NCBI GenBank assembly: GCA_030680085.1
Contig: JAUXWU010000012.1
Span: 1-55,583, forward strand
Origin: Rhodocyclaceae bacterium
Lineage (GTDB): Bacteria > Pseudomonadota > Gammaproteobacteria > Burkholderiales > Rhodocyclaceae
Length of the DNA stretch: 55,583 bases
Direction: 5' to 3'
The position numbers and the translations under genes are program-made. This document shows, one piece after another, positions 17,608 through 26,727 of this stretch. Under the pieces are notes generated by a model. That model was not told the origin of the DNA. It saw only the letters and a program-made list of their open reading frames with translations, and made no database searches. Every line of letters begins with the position of its first letter. Positions within the stretch are counted from its first letter, which is position 1.

Positions 17608-19317
17608 ATGCCCGTCTTGCCAAAACTCTCGCCAATTGCCCGCCGCCGCTGGATTTTTCTGGCGTTTCTGGCGGCGTTGCATTGGGTGTTTTTGCTCGGG
17701 CCGGCAACCCCGCTCGGCAAGGTGCTGTTTCTTTCCCATATCGGACTGGGCTTGCTGTGGCAGCCTTTTGTGCAGCCCCGGCGGCGTCTGAGACTGGGGG
17801 GGGTGGGCGCCGTGCTGGTTTGCGCTGGGATCTTCGCCTGGTTTCTCAACTGGGCTTTGCTGGCGGTCTGGGTGATGCTGCTGACGGGCGTGGTCGGCGG
17901 CAAGGTGTTTTTGTTTCCTGACCGCTGGGAGCGCCTGTTCAACTTGGCGGCGCTGGGCTATCTGACGACGGCGCTATTGGCGCTGATCATGCCGCAAGCG
18001 CTGCCCGCGGCCAACCTGGCCGAGCCCTTGCTGGCCAATCTGGTGCTTTATCTGGTGCCGGCGGTTTTTGTCGTCATGGCCCTTTTGCCCGCCGAGCAGG
18101 GTGCGCCGGAGCGCGGCGAACTGGTCGATTTCATTTACGGAATCTTCGTTTTTCTGCTGCTGGCGGTGATCGCGCTGGGAAGCCTGAGTTTTACCCTGTT
18201 GTTCAAGACGGGCTATTTCGAGGCGCTGCTGATGACGCTGGCGCTGGTGGCGGGATTGCTGCTGCTCTTGGGCTGGATATGGAATCCACGCGCCGACCTG
18301 GGTGGTTTTGGTGGTCTGGGCAGCGCGGTGGCGCAGCATGTCATGTCGCTGGGCCTGCCGGTCGAGGATTGGCTGGAATCGCTGGCGGCGTTGGCCGCGC
18401 GCGAGGATGACCCGGAGCAGTTTTTGGCGGAAGCCTGTGCCGCGTTGCCGCAACGCATGCCCGGCGTGGTGGGCGGCGCCTGGCAGGTGGAAGGCGCGGC
18501 GCAAGCCTTTGGCGAGCAGCGCGGGCACTGCGCACACTTTCGGCATGGCCGTCTCGCGCTGGGCCTGGTAAGCCGCGGCAAGCCGAGCCCATCGCTGCTC
18601 TGGCATTACGATCTGGCGGCGCGACTCCTGGCCGAATTCCATTTGGGCAAGTGGCGGGCGCGCGAACTGCAGCGGCTTTCCTATGTCGAGGCCATCCATG
18701 AAACGGGCGCCCGGCTGACCCACGACGTCAAGAATCTGTTGCAGTCCCTCGATACGCTGTGTGCCGCCGCGCAGCAGGAAGAGGCGGCGTCGCCCCGCCT
18801 GCTTGGCCTGATGCGGCGTCAATTGCCTGAAGTGTCGTCGCGCTTGCGCCAGACCCTGACCAAACTCGCCGCCCCCGCGGAGCTGGCCAGGCTTGAGCCC
18901 TTGGCGGCGTTGCCCTGGTTTGCCGCGCTCGAAAACCGCTACGCTAACGCGCAGACGGTTTTTTCGGTCGTGGGTGATTTAACGACGCTGTGGGTGCCTG
19001 ATGCCGCGTTGTTTTCGAGCGTGGCGGAAAACCTGCTGCAAAACCTTGCCAACAAGCGCGAGGCCCATCCCGAGGTTAACGCTGAAGTTCGCTTGGGCGA
19101 AATCGCCGGCCAGGTCTGGTTTGAGCTGATGGATAGTGGTGCAGCCCTGCCGACGGCGCTGTCCGCAAAACTCTTCAGCACACCGGTGCCTTCGGAAAGT
19201 GGTCTGGGTGTGGGTTTGTATCAATGCGCGCGGCTTGCCGCGCAGGGCGGCTATCGGCTGGAACTGGCGGAAAATCGCGACGGTTGCGTGCGCTTCCGGC
19301 TCAAGCCTTGCGGCTGA
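17608..19317 (+). CDS. Membrane sensor histidine kinase, PrsK-like
   Basis: Multi-TM N-terminus, H-box THDVKNLL, ENLLQN, DSG, GLGVGL. Confidence 0.85.
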   Translation: MPVLPKLSPIARRRWIFLAFLAALHWVFLLGPATPLGKVLFLSHIGLGLLWQPFVQPRRRLRLGGVGAVLVCAGIFAWFLNWALLAVWVMLLTGVVGGKVFLFPDRWERLFNLAALGYLTTALLALIMPQALPAANLAEPLLANLVLYLVPAVFVVMALLPAEQGAPERGELVDFIYGIFVFLLLAVIALGSLSFTLLFKTGYFEALLMTLALVAGLLLLLGWIWNPRADLGGFGGLGSAVAQHVMSLGLPVEDWLESLAALAAREDDPEQFLAEACAALPQRMPGVVGGAWQVEGAAQAFGEQRGHCAHFRHGRLALGLVSRGKPSPSLLWHYDLAARLLAEFHLGKWRARELQRLSYVEAIHETGARLTHDVKNLLQSLDTLCAAAQQEEAASPRLLGLMRRQLPEVSSRLRQTLTKLAAPAELARLEPLAALPWFAALENRYANAQTVFSVVGDLTTLWVPDAALFSSVAENLLQNLANKREAHPEVNAEVRLGEIAGQVWFELMDSGAALPTALSAKLFSTPVPSESGLGVGLYQCARLAAQGGYRLELAENRDGCVRFRLKPCG

Positions 19318-19450
19318 TCAACTGATACACCGTCATTTCGCCTTTGCCTTTCAGGTAAGTCGTCTGTGGCGCGTGAAAGTCGAAGCGCTCGGCGAGGCGG
19401 CGGTAGGTGGCGGCGGCGCACTGGATCATGCCGGGATAGTTTAAATGCAT
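19301..19450 (-). pseudogene. C-terminal remnant of a class III adenylate/guanylate cyclase
   Basis: Manual translation MHLNYPGMIQCAAATYRRLAERFDFHAPQTTYLKGKGEMTVYQLISRKA*; the rest of the catalytic domain is absent. Confidence 0.75.
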
Positions 19451-19509
19451 GACCGGGAGTGTCTCAGGAAGCAGGGCAGGCGGTCAAGACGGCATCTTGT
19501 CGGACGCTT

Positions 19510-19535
19510 CCGCCGTCCTGCCAGCGCCGACTTTT
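19510..19535 (-). repeat. Dispersed motif copy 5, 14 bp after the AAA ATPase stop
   Basis: ccgccgtcctgccagcgccgactttt. Confidence 0.92.
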
Positions 19536-19549
19536 GGTTCCGGCCGCGC

Positions 19550-20743
19550 TCATGCGCTGTTGGCGTGGGCAAGCGCATCGGGCAGGTGCGGCAGGGATAC
19601 GAGCCAGACGCCCGAGCGCGTTGCATCGAGTTCGCCGCCATGCACCAGCATGCGGACGGCGGATAAGCGCGGGGCGATTTCCGCGTGACGTTTTAGTGCT
19701 GTCAGCATGTCCCCGGCAATGGTCGCCCCGGACTTGATTTCGATGGCGATGGGTGAGCGCGGGTGGTCGATCAGCAAGTCCACTTCCAGTCCGCCGGCAT
19801 CGCGGTAGAAGCTGAGTTGCGGACGTTTGCCGCGGTTGCAATACCATTTGTACACTTCACTGATCGCCAGGTTCTCAAACAGCGGCCCACGGAGCGGGTG
19901 CGCCGCGATTTGCGCCGCGGTTTCGATACCGAGCAGAAAACTCGCCAGGCCGACATCGTGAAAGTAAAGCTTCGGCGAACGAATCAGCCGTTTGCGCAGA
20001 TTGGCATGGCAGGGCGGCAACAAGAAAACAATGAAATTCGCTTCCAGCAATGTCAGCCAGGCGCGCGCCGTGGGTTGGGAAATGCCCGTGTCCGCCGCCA
20101 GATTGTTGAGGTTGAGCAACTGCCCCACCCGTCCGGCACACAGCCGCACGAAACGCTCGAACAGGCTTAAGTCGCGGATTTCCGCGAGTTGGCGCAAATC
20201 GCGTTGCACGAAGGTTTCGAAATAGTCCGCCAGCATTTGTCCCGGCGCGACGGGTGCGATCGCGTCGATTGCGGGGGCATGAATGCGCGGGTAACCGCCG
20301 GCGAAAAGCAGGTGATCCGCCGCGTGCGAAATGCCGGCATTAACCAATTCCTCGATGGACAGCGGCAGCAGCTTGAGCAGCGCGGTGCGCCCGGCCAGCG
20401 ATTGACTGACGCGGCTCATGACCTCCAGTTGCTGGCTACCCGTGAGCAGAAAACGCCCGGGTGTCGGCGCGTCATCGACCAGCACCTGCAGCCAGGAAGA
20501 TAAATCGGGGACGCGCTGGAATTCGTCGAGGATCGCCCCATCCGGGTAGCGCGCCAGAAAACCGCGCGGGTCGGCCGCGAAATGGGCGCGGGTGTCGGGC
20601 GCCTCCAGATTGACATAGGGTTTGGCGGGAAAGGTCTGGCGCAGCAACGTCGTCTTGCCGCTCTGGCGCGGGCCGGTGACGGTGACAACCGGGTACTGGC
20701 GGGCCAGCGCGACGAGCTGGGCGGTGATTTGGCGCGGAATCAT
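19550..20743 (-). CDS. AAA_14 + DUF4143 ATPase
   Basis: GPRQSGKTT, ILDEFQR, LTGS, SLAGR, GGYP, PKLYFHDVGL, EVDLL...IEIKS. Confidence 0.9.
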   Translation of the reverse strand: MIPRQITAQLVALARQYPVVTVTGPRQSGKTTLLRQTFPAKPYVNLEAPDTRAHFAADPRGFLARYPDGAILDEFQRVPDLSSWLQVLVDDAPTPGRFLLTGSQQLEVMSRVSQSLAGRTALLKLLPLSIEELVNAGISHAADHLLFAGGYPRIHAPAIDAIAPVAPGQMLADYFETFVQRDLRQLAEIRDLSLFERFVRLCAGRVGQLLNLNNLAADTGISQPTARAWLTLLEANFIVFLLPPCHANLRKRLIRSPKLYFHDVGLASFLLGIETAAQIAAHPLRGPLFENLAISEVYKWYCNRGKRPQLSFYRDAGGLEVDLLIDHPRSPIAIEIKSGATIAGDMLTALKRHAEIAPRLSAVRMLVHGGELDATRSGVWLVSLPHLPDALAHANSA

Positions 20744-20759
20744 GCCGCCAGCCTAGCGT

Positions 20760-20792
20760 ATGCAGATTCAAAAATCAATCTTGAAATTGCAT
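20760..20792. promoter_or_regulatory. Imperfect palindrome upstream of the AAA_14 gene (possible operator)
   Basis: atgcagattcaa-N9-ttgaaattgcat. Confidence 0.5.
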
Positions 20793-20804
20793 GAACGCGC
20801 CTGA

Positions 20805-20829
20805 CGTCATCTCGCCAGCGCCGGCTTTT
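20805..20829 (-). repeat. Dispersed motif copy 6 (degenerate), after the minor pilin stop
   Basis: cgtcatctcgccagcgccggctttt, 4 mismatches. Confidence 0.65.
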
Positions 20830-20833
20830 TGCT

Positions 20834-21571
20834 TCAGAGCAGGCGACCCGCCGCGATCATGCGGTTGATGAGGATGTTGGTCGGCAGCCAGATGACAATA
20901 TCGTCGAACTCGCCGCCGCCAGTGGTGGCGGTGGCCGGCGTGCGCTGGAAATAATTGGTCGGCACCATGTGGTTGGTGTCTTCATCCGCGTTGGTGGCCG
21001 AGCCATCCGGCAGGGCGGCGCCTGACTCGGTGGTGCCCCAGCGCAGTTTGCCATGCGAGAAAATAACCGCTGCGACGCATGCGCCGGGCGTGGCGCAGGC
21101 CGCTTGCCCGGCCAAATAGACGGCAGTGCCGACATTATCGCGGGTCTGCACCGTGCGGTTGGCAATAGAGGCGAGCGTGATATTGCTGTTGGCATAGGCC
21201 GGCGTGACGCTGTAGCGAATCAGATTGCCCCAGGCATCCCGTTTCTCGATGCCGAGGGCGGCCCAGGGGATGAAACCGCTACAGGCCGTATCGTTGGCAC
21301 AGTTGGCCGGATTTTCCGCGCCGTCGGCTGCCGAGGTAGCCGGGCGGGGCAGGCGACCATTGACGACGGCAAAACCGAGCAGGGCTTCCTGAATGTTGAC
21401 CAGCGTGGCGCGCGTTTCGGCGGTGCGGCGCATGTCGTCTTGCGCGGTCATCGGCAGCAACATACCGCCAATCAGCAGCGCGACAATCACCAGCACCACC
21501 GCCATTTCGACGAGACTGAAGCCGCGCGCAAAAGTCGGCGCTGGCGGGACGGCGGAATTTAGGGGAGCCAT
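20834..21571 (-). CDS. Minor pilin/pseudopilin (cluster 2)
   Basis: ARG|FSLVEMAVVLVIV, EALLGFAVVNGRLPRP, DAWGN, FDDIVIW. Confidence 0.88.
   Translation of the reverse strand: MAPLNSAVPPAPTFARGFSLVEMAVVLVIVALLIGGMLLPMTAQDDMRRTAETRATLVNIQEALLGFAVVNGRLPRPATSAADGAENPANCANDTACSGFIPWAALGIEKRDAWGNLIRYSVTPAYANSNITLASIANRTVQTRDNVGTAVYLAGQAACATPGACVAAVIFSHGKLRWGTTESGAALPDGSATNADEDTNHMVPTNYFQRTPATATTGGGEFDDIVIWLPTNILINRMIAAGRLL
21530..21555 (+). repeat. Dispersed motif copy 7, antisense within the prepilin leader (AVPPAPTF)
   Basis: aaaagtcggcgctggcgggacggcgg. Confidence 0.92.
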
Positions 21572-24102
21572 GTCGTTACAAAGTCTGAAATGGTGATGAC
21601 CTGATCGCGCGAGCTTTGGGCATTGGTGAACCCGACTCGGATATTCTTGAAGGCAGGCTGATAGCAGATTCCATCAGTGCTGTTGCAGACTTCTTTCGCA
21701 CCGCAGCCAGCGCTGCAAAGGCCACCTTGAATGTCGTAGATCGAGGGTGTGTCCTGTACCAGCGGGGGCAGTGTGGGATAGAGAGCGCTCATCGGATGCG
21801 AGGTGTTTTTCAAGGCGGCGATCTGGTTGGTGTCGACGCCTTCCGCCACGACCCATGCCTGCATTTTATAGGCCGTGCCGCGGGTCGCGGTATTCGTCGA
21901 GGCGGGGGTCAGTTCGATGCGCACGTGGAAATCGCGGGGTTGAGTGGTGTCGCTCAGTCGGTTGAGAGGCGTCACGCCACCGGAAGTCGCCGGCACGGCC
22001 GGGGTGGGCCATGGATCGACCACCGGGTTGCGGGGTGCCGGTCGGGTCGAAGTGTCTGGTGGCGCGGGAAAACCATGCACATTGTCGTCCTGCCGGGGCT
22101 TCGCGACGCCAGCCACAGCGGCCGGGTTGCCCCAGTAGACGATGGCGACGTGGCTGTCATAATCCAGGTTCTGGGTCGGATTGCCGCAGGCGGTACGGTA
22201 GCAGGGATCGCTGCGGCCGTTGCCCAGCAGATCGCCGGTTTCGCTGTATGCGGTGCGCTCACCCCGGGTATCGAACTCGATTCCGATCTTCGGCCAATTG
22301 ACATAGGGTGTTGTTGCATTGTCGCCCGAATAACCCAGATGCTGGCGTGCGGCACCACAGACATTGTTGCCGTTGCGATCGTCATCGATCAAGGCGAAGA
22401 CATAACCATCGCCACCGTCGATGATGTTGAAACGATAATAGATGCGCACACCGCCGCCGAGCGTGCGGGATTCCGCGCTCCAACTGCAGCCAAAGAGCGC
22501 TGCGGCAGGGACGCCGGCTCCGGTAGTCACGCCCAGTTGTCCCAGCGTCAGGATGCGTGTGCCTGGCTGGTAGGACGAGAGCTGCCCGAAGCCTAGCGTT
22601 GTTAGTGTCGGTGACGCGACTGGCGCAAAGCTGGCTCCGGTTGGAATGCAGCGCGCGATATCCTGCTCTGTAGTCTGTGGCGTGGATCGGTCAAGCAGCA
22701 GGTCGCCGCTGAATGTGGTGCCCGTGCTCGTGAAGCTGGTCAGGTTGCTGGCTTCGAGATAATTGTCGGGTGTGTTTTTTTGTGTGGCGGTAATGCGTTG
22801 TTGCGTAGTGTTGCGCTGGCTACCGAACAGCAGGACAGCGGCACAGTTCGGATTGCCGGCGACCGTAAAATTCCCTGCGGTCGGTTTGGCGACGAAAATC
22901 ATATCTCGGTAGTGGCTGAAGTAGCCGAGTGGGTTGAGGTTGTCGTCGTAGCATGAAGAGTCCTGAATGCGGCCGGCGCTTTTGTCGGCGGGCGGGGTAT
23001 AGCCGGTGATTGGCGCCGGGATGAAGCTGCTGCCGGCGGCGATCTGGTCGCGCAGGCAGCCGACCATGCGGTCGAGCATGGTGTTGATGTCGCTGCGGAA
23101 ATGGGCGTTTTTGCGGATTGCGCCGAACAACAGGTCGCTGGTGACCGGCAGGCCAATGTCATTGGCGACGAGGGTGCAGTTGCTGCCTTGACAGCCGCTG
23201 GGCAGGAACGCGCTGCCCGTGGAAAAAATCTTGCCGCGGGCGACCAGTGATTTTGGCGTGTCGGGATCGTTGGCGGGGTCCGAGTCACCCGTGGCGCCAC
23301 TGGCGAGGTTGGTGCCGGACAGGTAGTTGGTGACACCACCCAGCGCGCTGGCGGTGGTCGGGTCGAGGTAGTTGGCGACGTTGTAATTGCCGCCGCACTG
23401 GCTGACATCGTCACCGACCGGAGGCGGGGATGACGGAGGGCTTCGATCTTGGCCGGGCAGTGGAGGCCCGGGAGAGAAGATGATCGCGACCGGCCGCTCG
23501 TGGGCCGAGGCGAGCGCGCTGACCAGAGCGCCGGTGCCGTTGGCGATGACGACATCGAGCTGACCGAGTGTGTCCCAGTTCATGGGCGGGAGTGTTGGGC
23601 TAGAACAGTGTTTCCTAAGGTGGAGCGAGGAAACGATTAGCCAGAGACATTCGCCATGGCCGTCGCGCAACGGTTCCGTGCCCAGCGTGCGCCACGGGAG
23701 GCGTCCGACCATTGTTGGGTAGATGTTGTTGGGATCGAGGGCGCAGCTAATGCCGGTGGGCGTGTTGGCGTCACAGCCTTCGAGCCGGTTACTGCTGGCA
23801 TCCATGCAACCCGGGGCGATGTTCTGGTTGCGCGAACTGCCCAGGTCGGGCAGCGGCAGATAGCCGTACATGCGGTCGGGCCGCCCCTGGCTGGCTTCAT
23901 CGTCGCGGTATTTCAATGCGTAACCAATCAGTGCATCGCGTGCCTGCGCCAGCGCCGCGTTGGTCGTTTGCGCCCGTCGCGCCTCGATCGCCTCGGGCGA
24001 GAAACTGCTGACCAGATAGGTCAACCCGCCCATCACCAGCAGCACAAGGAAGATCAGCAGCGCCGCGCCGCGTTGAGTTCGTTGCAAGCGCCGTCCCGCC
24101 AT
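21559..24102 (-). CDS. 847-aa PilX/GspK-like pilin with C-terminal L-type lectin-like domain; putative tip adhesin
   Basis: QRG|AALLIFL (no Glu5), GRLPWRTLG, GDGYVFAL, IGIEFDT, HVAI, RVGFT. Confidence 0.75.
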   Translation of the reverse strand: MAGRRLQRTQRGAALLIFLVLLVMGGLTYLVSSFSPEAIEARRAQTTNAALAQARDALIGYALKYRDDEASQGRPDRMYGYLPLPDLGSSRNQNIAPGCMDASSNRLEGCDANTPTGISCALDPNNIYPTMVGRLPWRTLGTEPLRDGHGECLWLIVSSLHLRKHCSSPTLPPMNWDTLGQLDVVIANGTGALVSALASAHERPVAIIFSPGPPLPGQDRSPPSSPPPVGDDVSQCGGNYNVANYLDPTTASALGGVTNYLSGTNLASGATGDSDPANDPDTPKSLVARGKIFSTGSAFLPSGCQGSNCTLVANDIGLPVTSDLLFGAIRKNAHFRSDINTMLDRMVGCLRDQIAAGSSFIPAPITGYTPPADKSAGRIQDSSCYDDNLNPLGYFSHYRDMIFVAKPTAGNFTVAGNPNCAAVLLFGSQRNTTQQRITATQKNTPDNYLEASNLTSFTSTGTTFSGDLLLDRSTPQTTEQDIARCIPTGASFAPVASPTLTTLGFGQLSSYQPGTRILTLGQLGVTTGAGVPAAALFGCSWSAESRTLGGGVRIYYRFNIIDGGDGYVFALIDDDRNGNNVCGAARQHLGYSGDNATTPYVNWPKIGIEFDTRGERTAYSETGDLLGNGRSDPCYRTACGNPTQNLDYDSHVAIVYWGNPAAVAGVAKPRQDDNVHGFPAPPDTSTRPAPRNPVVDPWPTPAVPATSGGVTPLNRLSDTTQPRDFHVRIELTPASTNTATRGTAYKMQAWVVAEGVDTNQIAALKNTSHPMSALYPTLPPLVQDTPSIYDIQGGLCSAGCGAKEVCNSTDGICYQPAFKNIRVGFTNAQSSRDQVITISDFVTTWLP

Positions 24103-24113
24103 CGCCGACTTTT
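24089..24113 (-). repeat. Dispersed motif copy 8, spanning a stop codon and the next start codon
   Basis: Minus strand taAAAGTCGGCG-ATG-GCGGGACGGCG. Confidence 0.9.
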
Positions 24114-24549
24114 AACGCTGCGGCGCCGGCCGATGCACGCGAATCTCGCCGCTGGCGAGTCCGCCGGCGGTTTCGCGCGTGGCGCGGTTGATGGTTTCGC
24201 CGACGGCGAGCTGGGCCGGGGTTTCTTCGCCGGTGATGAGCGTGGCGCGGCCATGTTTGCCGGGTGCGGGAGCGACGGCGACGCCGGTGTCGCGGCTGGT
24301 TTCGGTTTGCGGCCGGTTGTTGACCCAGACCGTGGATTTGCCGGAGGAGCGCAGCACGACGCCGTCGAGGCGCATGGCGCCGCCTTCCAGGCTGCGGGTT
24401 TCCTGGATGTTGAGTTGGCGCTGCCGTTCGAGGTTGGCGCGCCACTCGGGGGTCATGAAGAGGCGACCCAGCGGCGGATCGGCCGCCAATGTGGTCTGGG
24501 CGACGAGTCCGCTGGCGGCCAGGACGAGGATCAGGCGTACGCTGCTCAT
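24112..24549 (-). CDS. Exported pilus accessory protein (MshK-like position)
   Basis: Signal peptide, LGRLFMTPEWR..L, DGVVLRSSGKSTVWVN. Confidence 0.7.
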   Translation of the reverse strand: MSSVRLILVLAASGLVAQTTLAADPPLGRLFMTPEWRANLERQRQLNIQETRSLEGGAMRLDGVVLRSSGKSTVWVNNRPQTETSRDTGVAVAPAPGKHGRATLITGEETPAQLAVGETINRATRETAGGLASGEIRVHRPAPQR

Positions 24550-25163
24550 GGTTTCTCTTCCAGCGTGATCCAGTCGATTTCGCAGTGCGCCTTCAGGGTG
24601 GCGGTGGGGTGTTGCGGGTCAGCCGTGCTCCGTTCGATCTTGCAGCTTTTTACGCTGACCAGCGCCTGCACCTGCGCCGCCAGATCGCTGATGAGGCCGA
24701 GCAGGTCGTTTTCGTGCAACAGAGGCAGATCCAGTTTCATCGGGCTGACGAAAAAATGGTGGCCGCTGGTCGGCGGCATTTTTTCGTCCGCTTTTGCGTC
24801 CAGATGCCGTTGCGGGGAGATTTCGTAGTTGAGATCCAGCAGGCGGCGCGATTCCTTGATCTGGCGCAAGGTTTCGACCCACTCAAGGCGCTTTTCCGGT
24901 GCGGTGCGGCCCTGCCGGAACAGTTCCTGGTAGGTGTTGATCTTGGCGCGGATCTTGCGCTCGTCGTCATGGACGCGGTTAAGTTTGGCGCTGGTTTCGG
25001 CCTGCCGGGTCAGGGCTTGTTGGTGGGCCGAGGCGAGCTGGCGGCCGAAATGGTCGGCGGCGGCCAGCGCCGTGGCCCCCAGCAGGAGGGCAAGCGCCAG
25101 CAGCGCGAGGCTCCAGCCCAGGGCAGCCAGATTGATGACGGAGCGCTGGTCGGGGCTATTCAC
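24546..25163 (-). CDS. PilO/MshJ-like alignment protein
   Basis: TM helix + coiled coil, LHENDL, CEIDWITL; operon position. Confidence 0.7.
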   Translation of the reverse strand: MNSPDQRSVINLAALGWSLALLALALLLGATALAAADHFGRQLASAHQQALTRQAETSAKLNRVHDDERKIRAKINTYQELFRQGRTAPEKRLEWVETLRQIKESRRLLDLNYEISPQRHLDAKADEKMPPTSGHHFFVSPMKLDLPLLHENDLLGLISDLAAQVQALVSVKSCKIERSTADPQHPTATLKAHCEIDWITLEEKP

Positions 25164-26727
25164 GAGCGGGTCCCTGAAGTTTGCGCGTCAGCCGAAATGA
25201 AAACTTGGGCGCTTCCAGCGTGCGTTTGCCATCGCTGCTTTTGAGGGTCTGACCGGACTGGGTGTCCACCGGTTGTTGAACCAGGGTTACCAGGGTGTCG
25301 GGCGTCGCGCCGAGGTGTAGTGCGAAGTCGGCCACCAGGGCGAGTTGGCCACGCTGGTCGCCCGCCATGCGTGGCGGCAGACGGGCCTCGACGAGGGCCT
25401 GGGCATAGGGGCCCGAGGTGCCAGAGGTGCCCATGGTCAGCGTCGCGGGGGGTGCGCCGTCGCCCCCGGTTTTATGACCAGACGCGGGCGCGAGTTGCTC
25501 GACGATGCTCCACTCGACGCGTTCGATGGCGATGTCCGGGAAAGCGTCGAGTGACTGGCTGAGCTGCACCAGCAGCGGCGCGGGGCCGGGAGAACGCTGC
25601 AGCACCGCTTCATAGCGATTGACCAGCGCGAGCAGATTTTCGGTGGAGAGCGGAATTTTCGGCAGCGCCAGCAGTGTCGTGTCGTAGCGCTGCTGGTCGA
25701 TGCGCGTTTGCTGTTCGATCTGGCCGATGGCGTCTCGCGCCTGGAGTATGTCCAGCCCCTGTTTTCCCGCAAACAGCAAAGCGCCGGCCAGAATCATGCC
25801 GCTGGCGATTTTCAAAGTGCGGCGAATCTGCCAGAGACGATAAAACTGCTGTTCGACGGCGGGTGCGAACTGGCCGACGGGCGTCTTTCTGGCCAGCAGG
25901 TGGCAGAACAACATTTCCGCGCGCGAATCGGGGAGCGGCGAACGCAGTCCGGCGCGCGCTGCTTCCTGCAGCAGATCGATGAAGTCGAACTGCAGTTCGG
26001 TCGTGTCGCGACAGCGCGCGCGCATCGCGGCGACCTTGGTCGGGTGCGCCAGGATGCGTATCGCCAGCGGCTGGCCGCGATCGATGAGGCGCTGGCCGAG
26101 CAGATAATGGTGCATCTTGGCCGCTTCCAGCAAGGTGGCGCTGGCTGTTTCTTCGAGTGTGCCGGTGGCGAGCGCGGTCAGCCGCGAAAAACGCAGTTGG
26201 CCATCGACAAAAAAGGTCTGCCGCAAGCCGCCTCGCGTCAGGGTGACGATCAACAGTTGTGGCGGCGCCGCCTTCGGCAACAGATTGACGAGGGTCTGCG
26301 CCACCGAATACACCCCCGCGAGCGCGACCCCGGCCGCATCGAGCATGGCCAGCCAGGGCTCGAAATGCCGCGGACGGGTCAGCGCCATCAACAGCAGGCG
26401 TTCGTCGCGGCGCCCTTCTTTCAGACGTCCCAGCGAAATCGCCAGGGTGAGGTGGGTGCCGTAGAAGTACTGCGCCAGTTTGCGTTTGACGAGGGCGGCG
26501 CGATCGCTGCCCGAACTCTTCGGGATGCTTTCGAGATTGAAGCCTTCTTCGGCGACATCGGCCAAGAGCATGAACACGCCGTCGCGATGGCGCGCGAGGT
26601 ATGCGCCAAAAGCCTCCAGGCCCGCCGCGTCGGCGGCGAAGCTTTCATCGGCCAGCAGCGCCTTGCCGCTGACCGGGTAGGCAGTCAGGTGGCTGGCGTC
26701 GAGGAAGAGAACGTGGCGCATGTTCAT
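25156..26727 (-). CDS. PilM/PilN (GspL-like) fused alignment protein
   Basis: Cytoplasmic domain (LRQTFF..GQLRFSRL), central TM helix, periplasmic coiled coil; ATG 26727 overlaps the upstream TAA. Confidence 0.7.
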   Translation of the reverse strand: MNMRHVLFLDASHLTAYPVSGKALLADESFAADAAGLEAFGAYLARHRDGVFMLLADVAEEGFNLESIPKSSGSDRAALVKRKLAQYFYGTHLTLAISLGRLKEGRRDERLLLMALTRPRHFEPWLAMLDAAGVALAGVYSVAQTLVNLLPKAAPPQLLIVTLTRGGLRQTFFVDGQLRFSRLTALATGTLEETASATLLEAAKMHHYLLGQRLIDRGQPLAIRILAHPTKVAAMRARCRDTTELQFDFIDLLQEAARAGLRSPLPDSRAEMLFCHLLARKTPVGQFAPAVEQQFYRLWQIRRTLKIASGMILAGALLFAGKQGLDILQARDAIGQIEQQTRIDQQRYDTTLLALPKIPLSTENLLALVNRYEAVLQRSPGPAPLLVQLSQSLDAFPDIAIERVEWSIVEQLAPASGHKTGGDGAPPATLTMGTSGTSGPYAQALVEARLPPRMAGDQRGQLALVADFALHLGATPDTLVTLVQQPVDTQSGQTLKSSDGKRTLEAPKFSFRLTRKLQGPARE

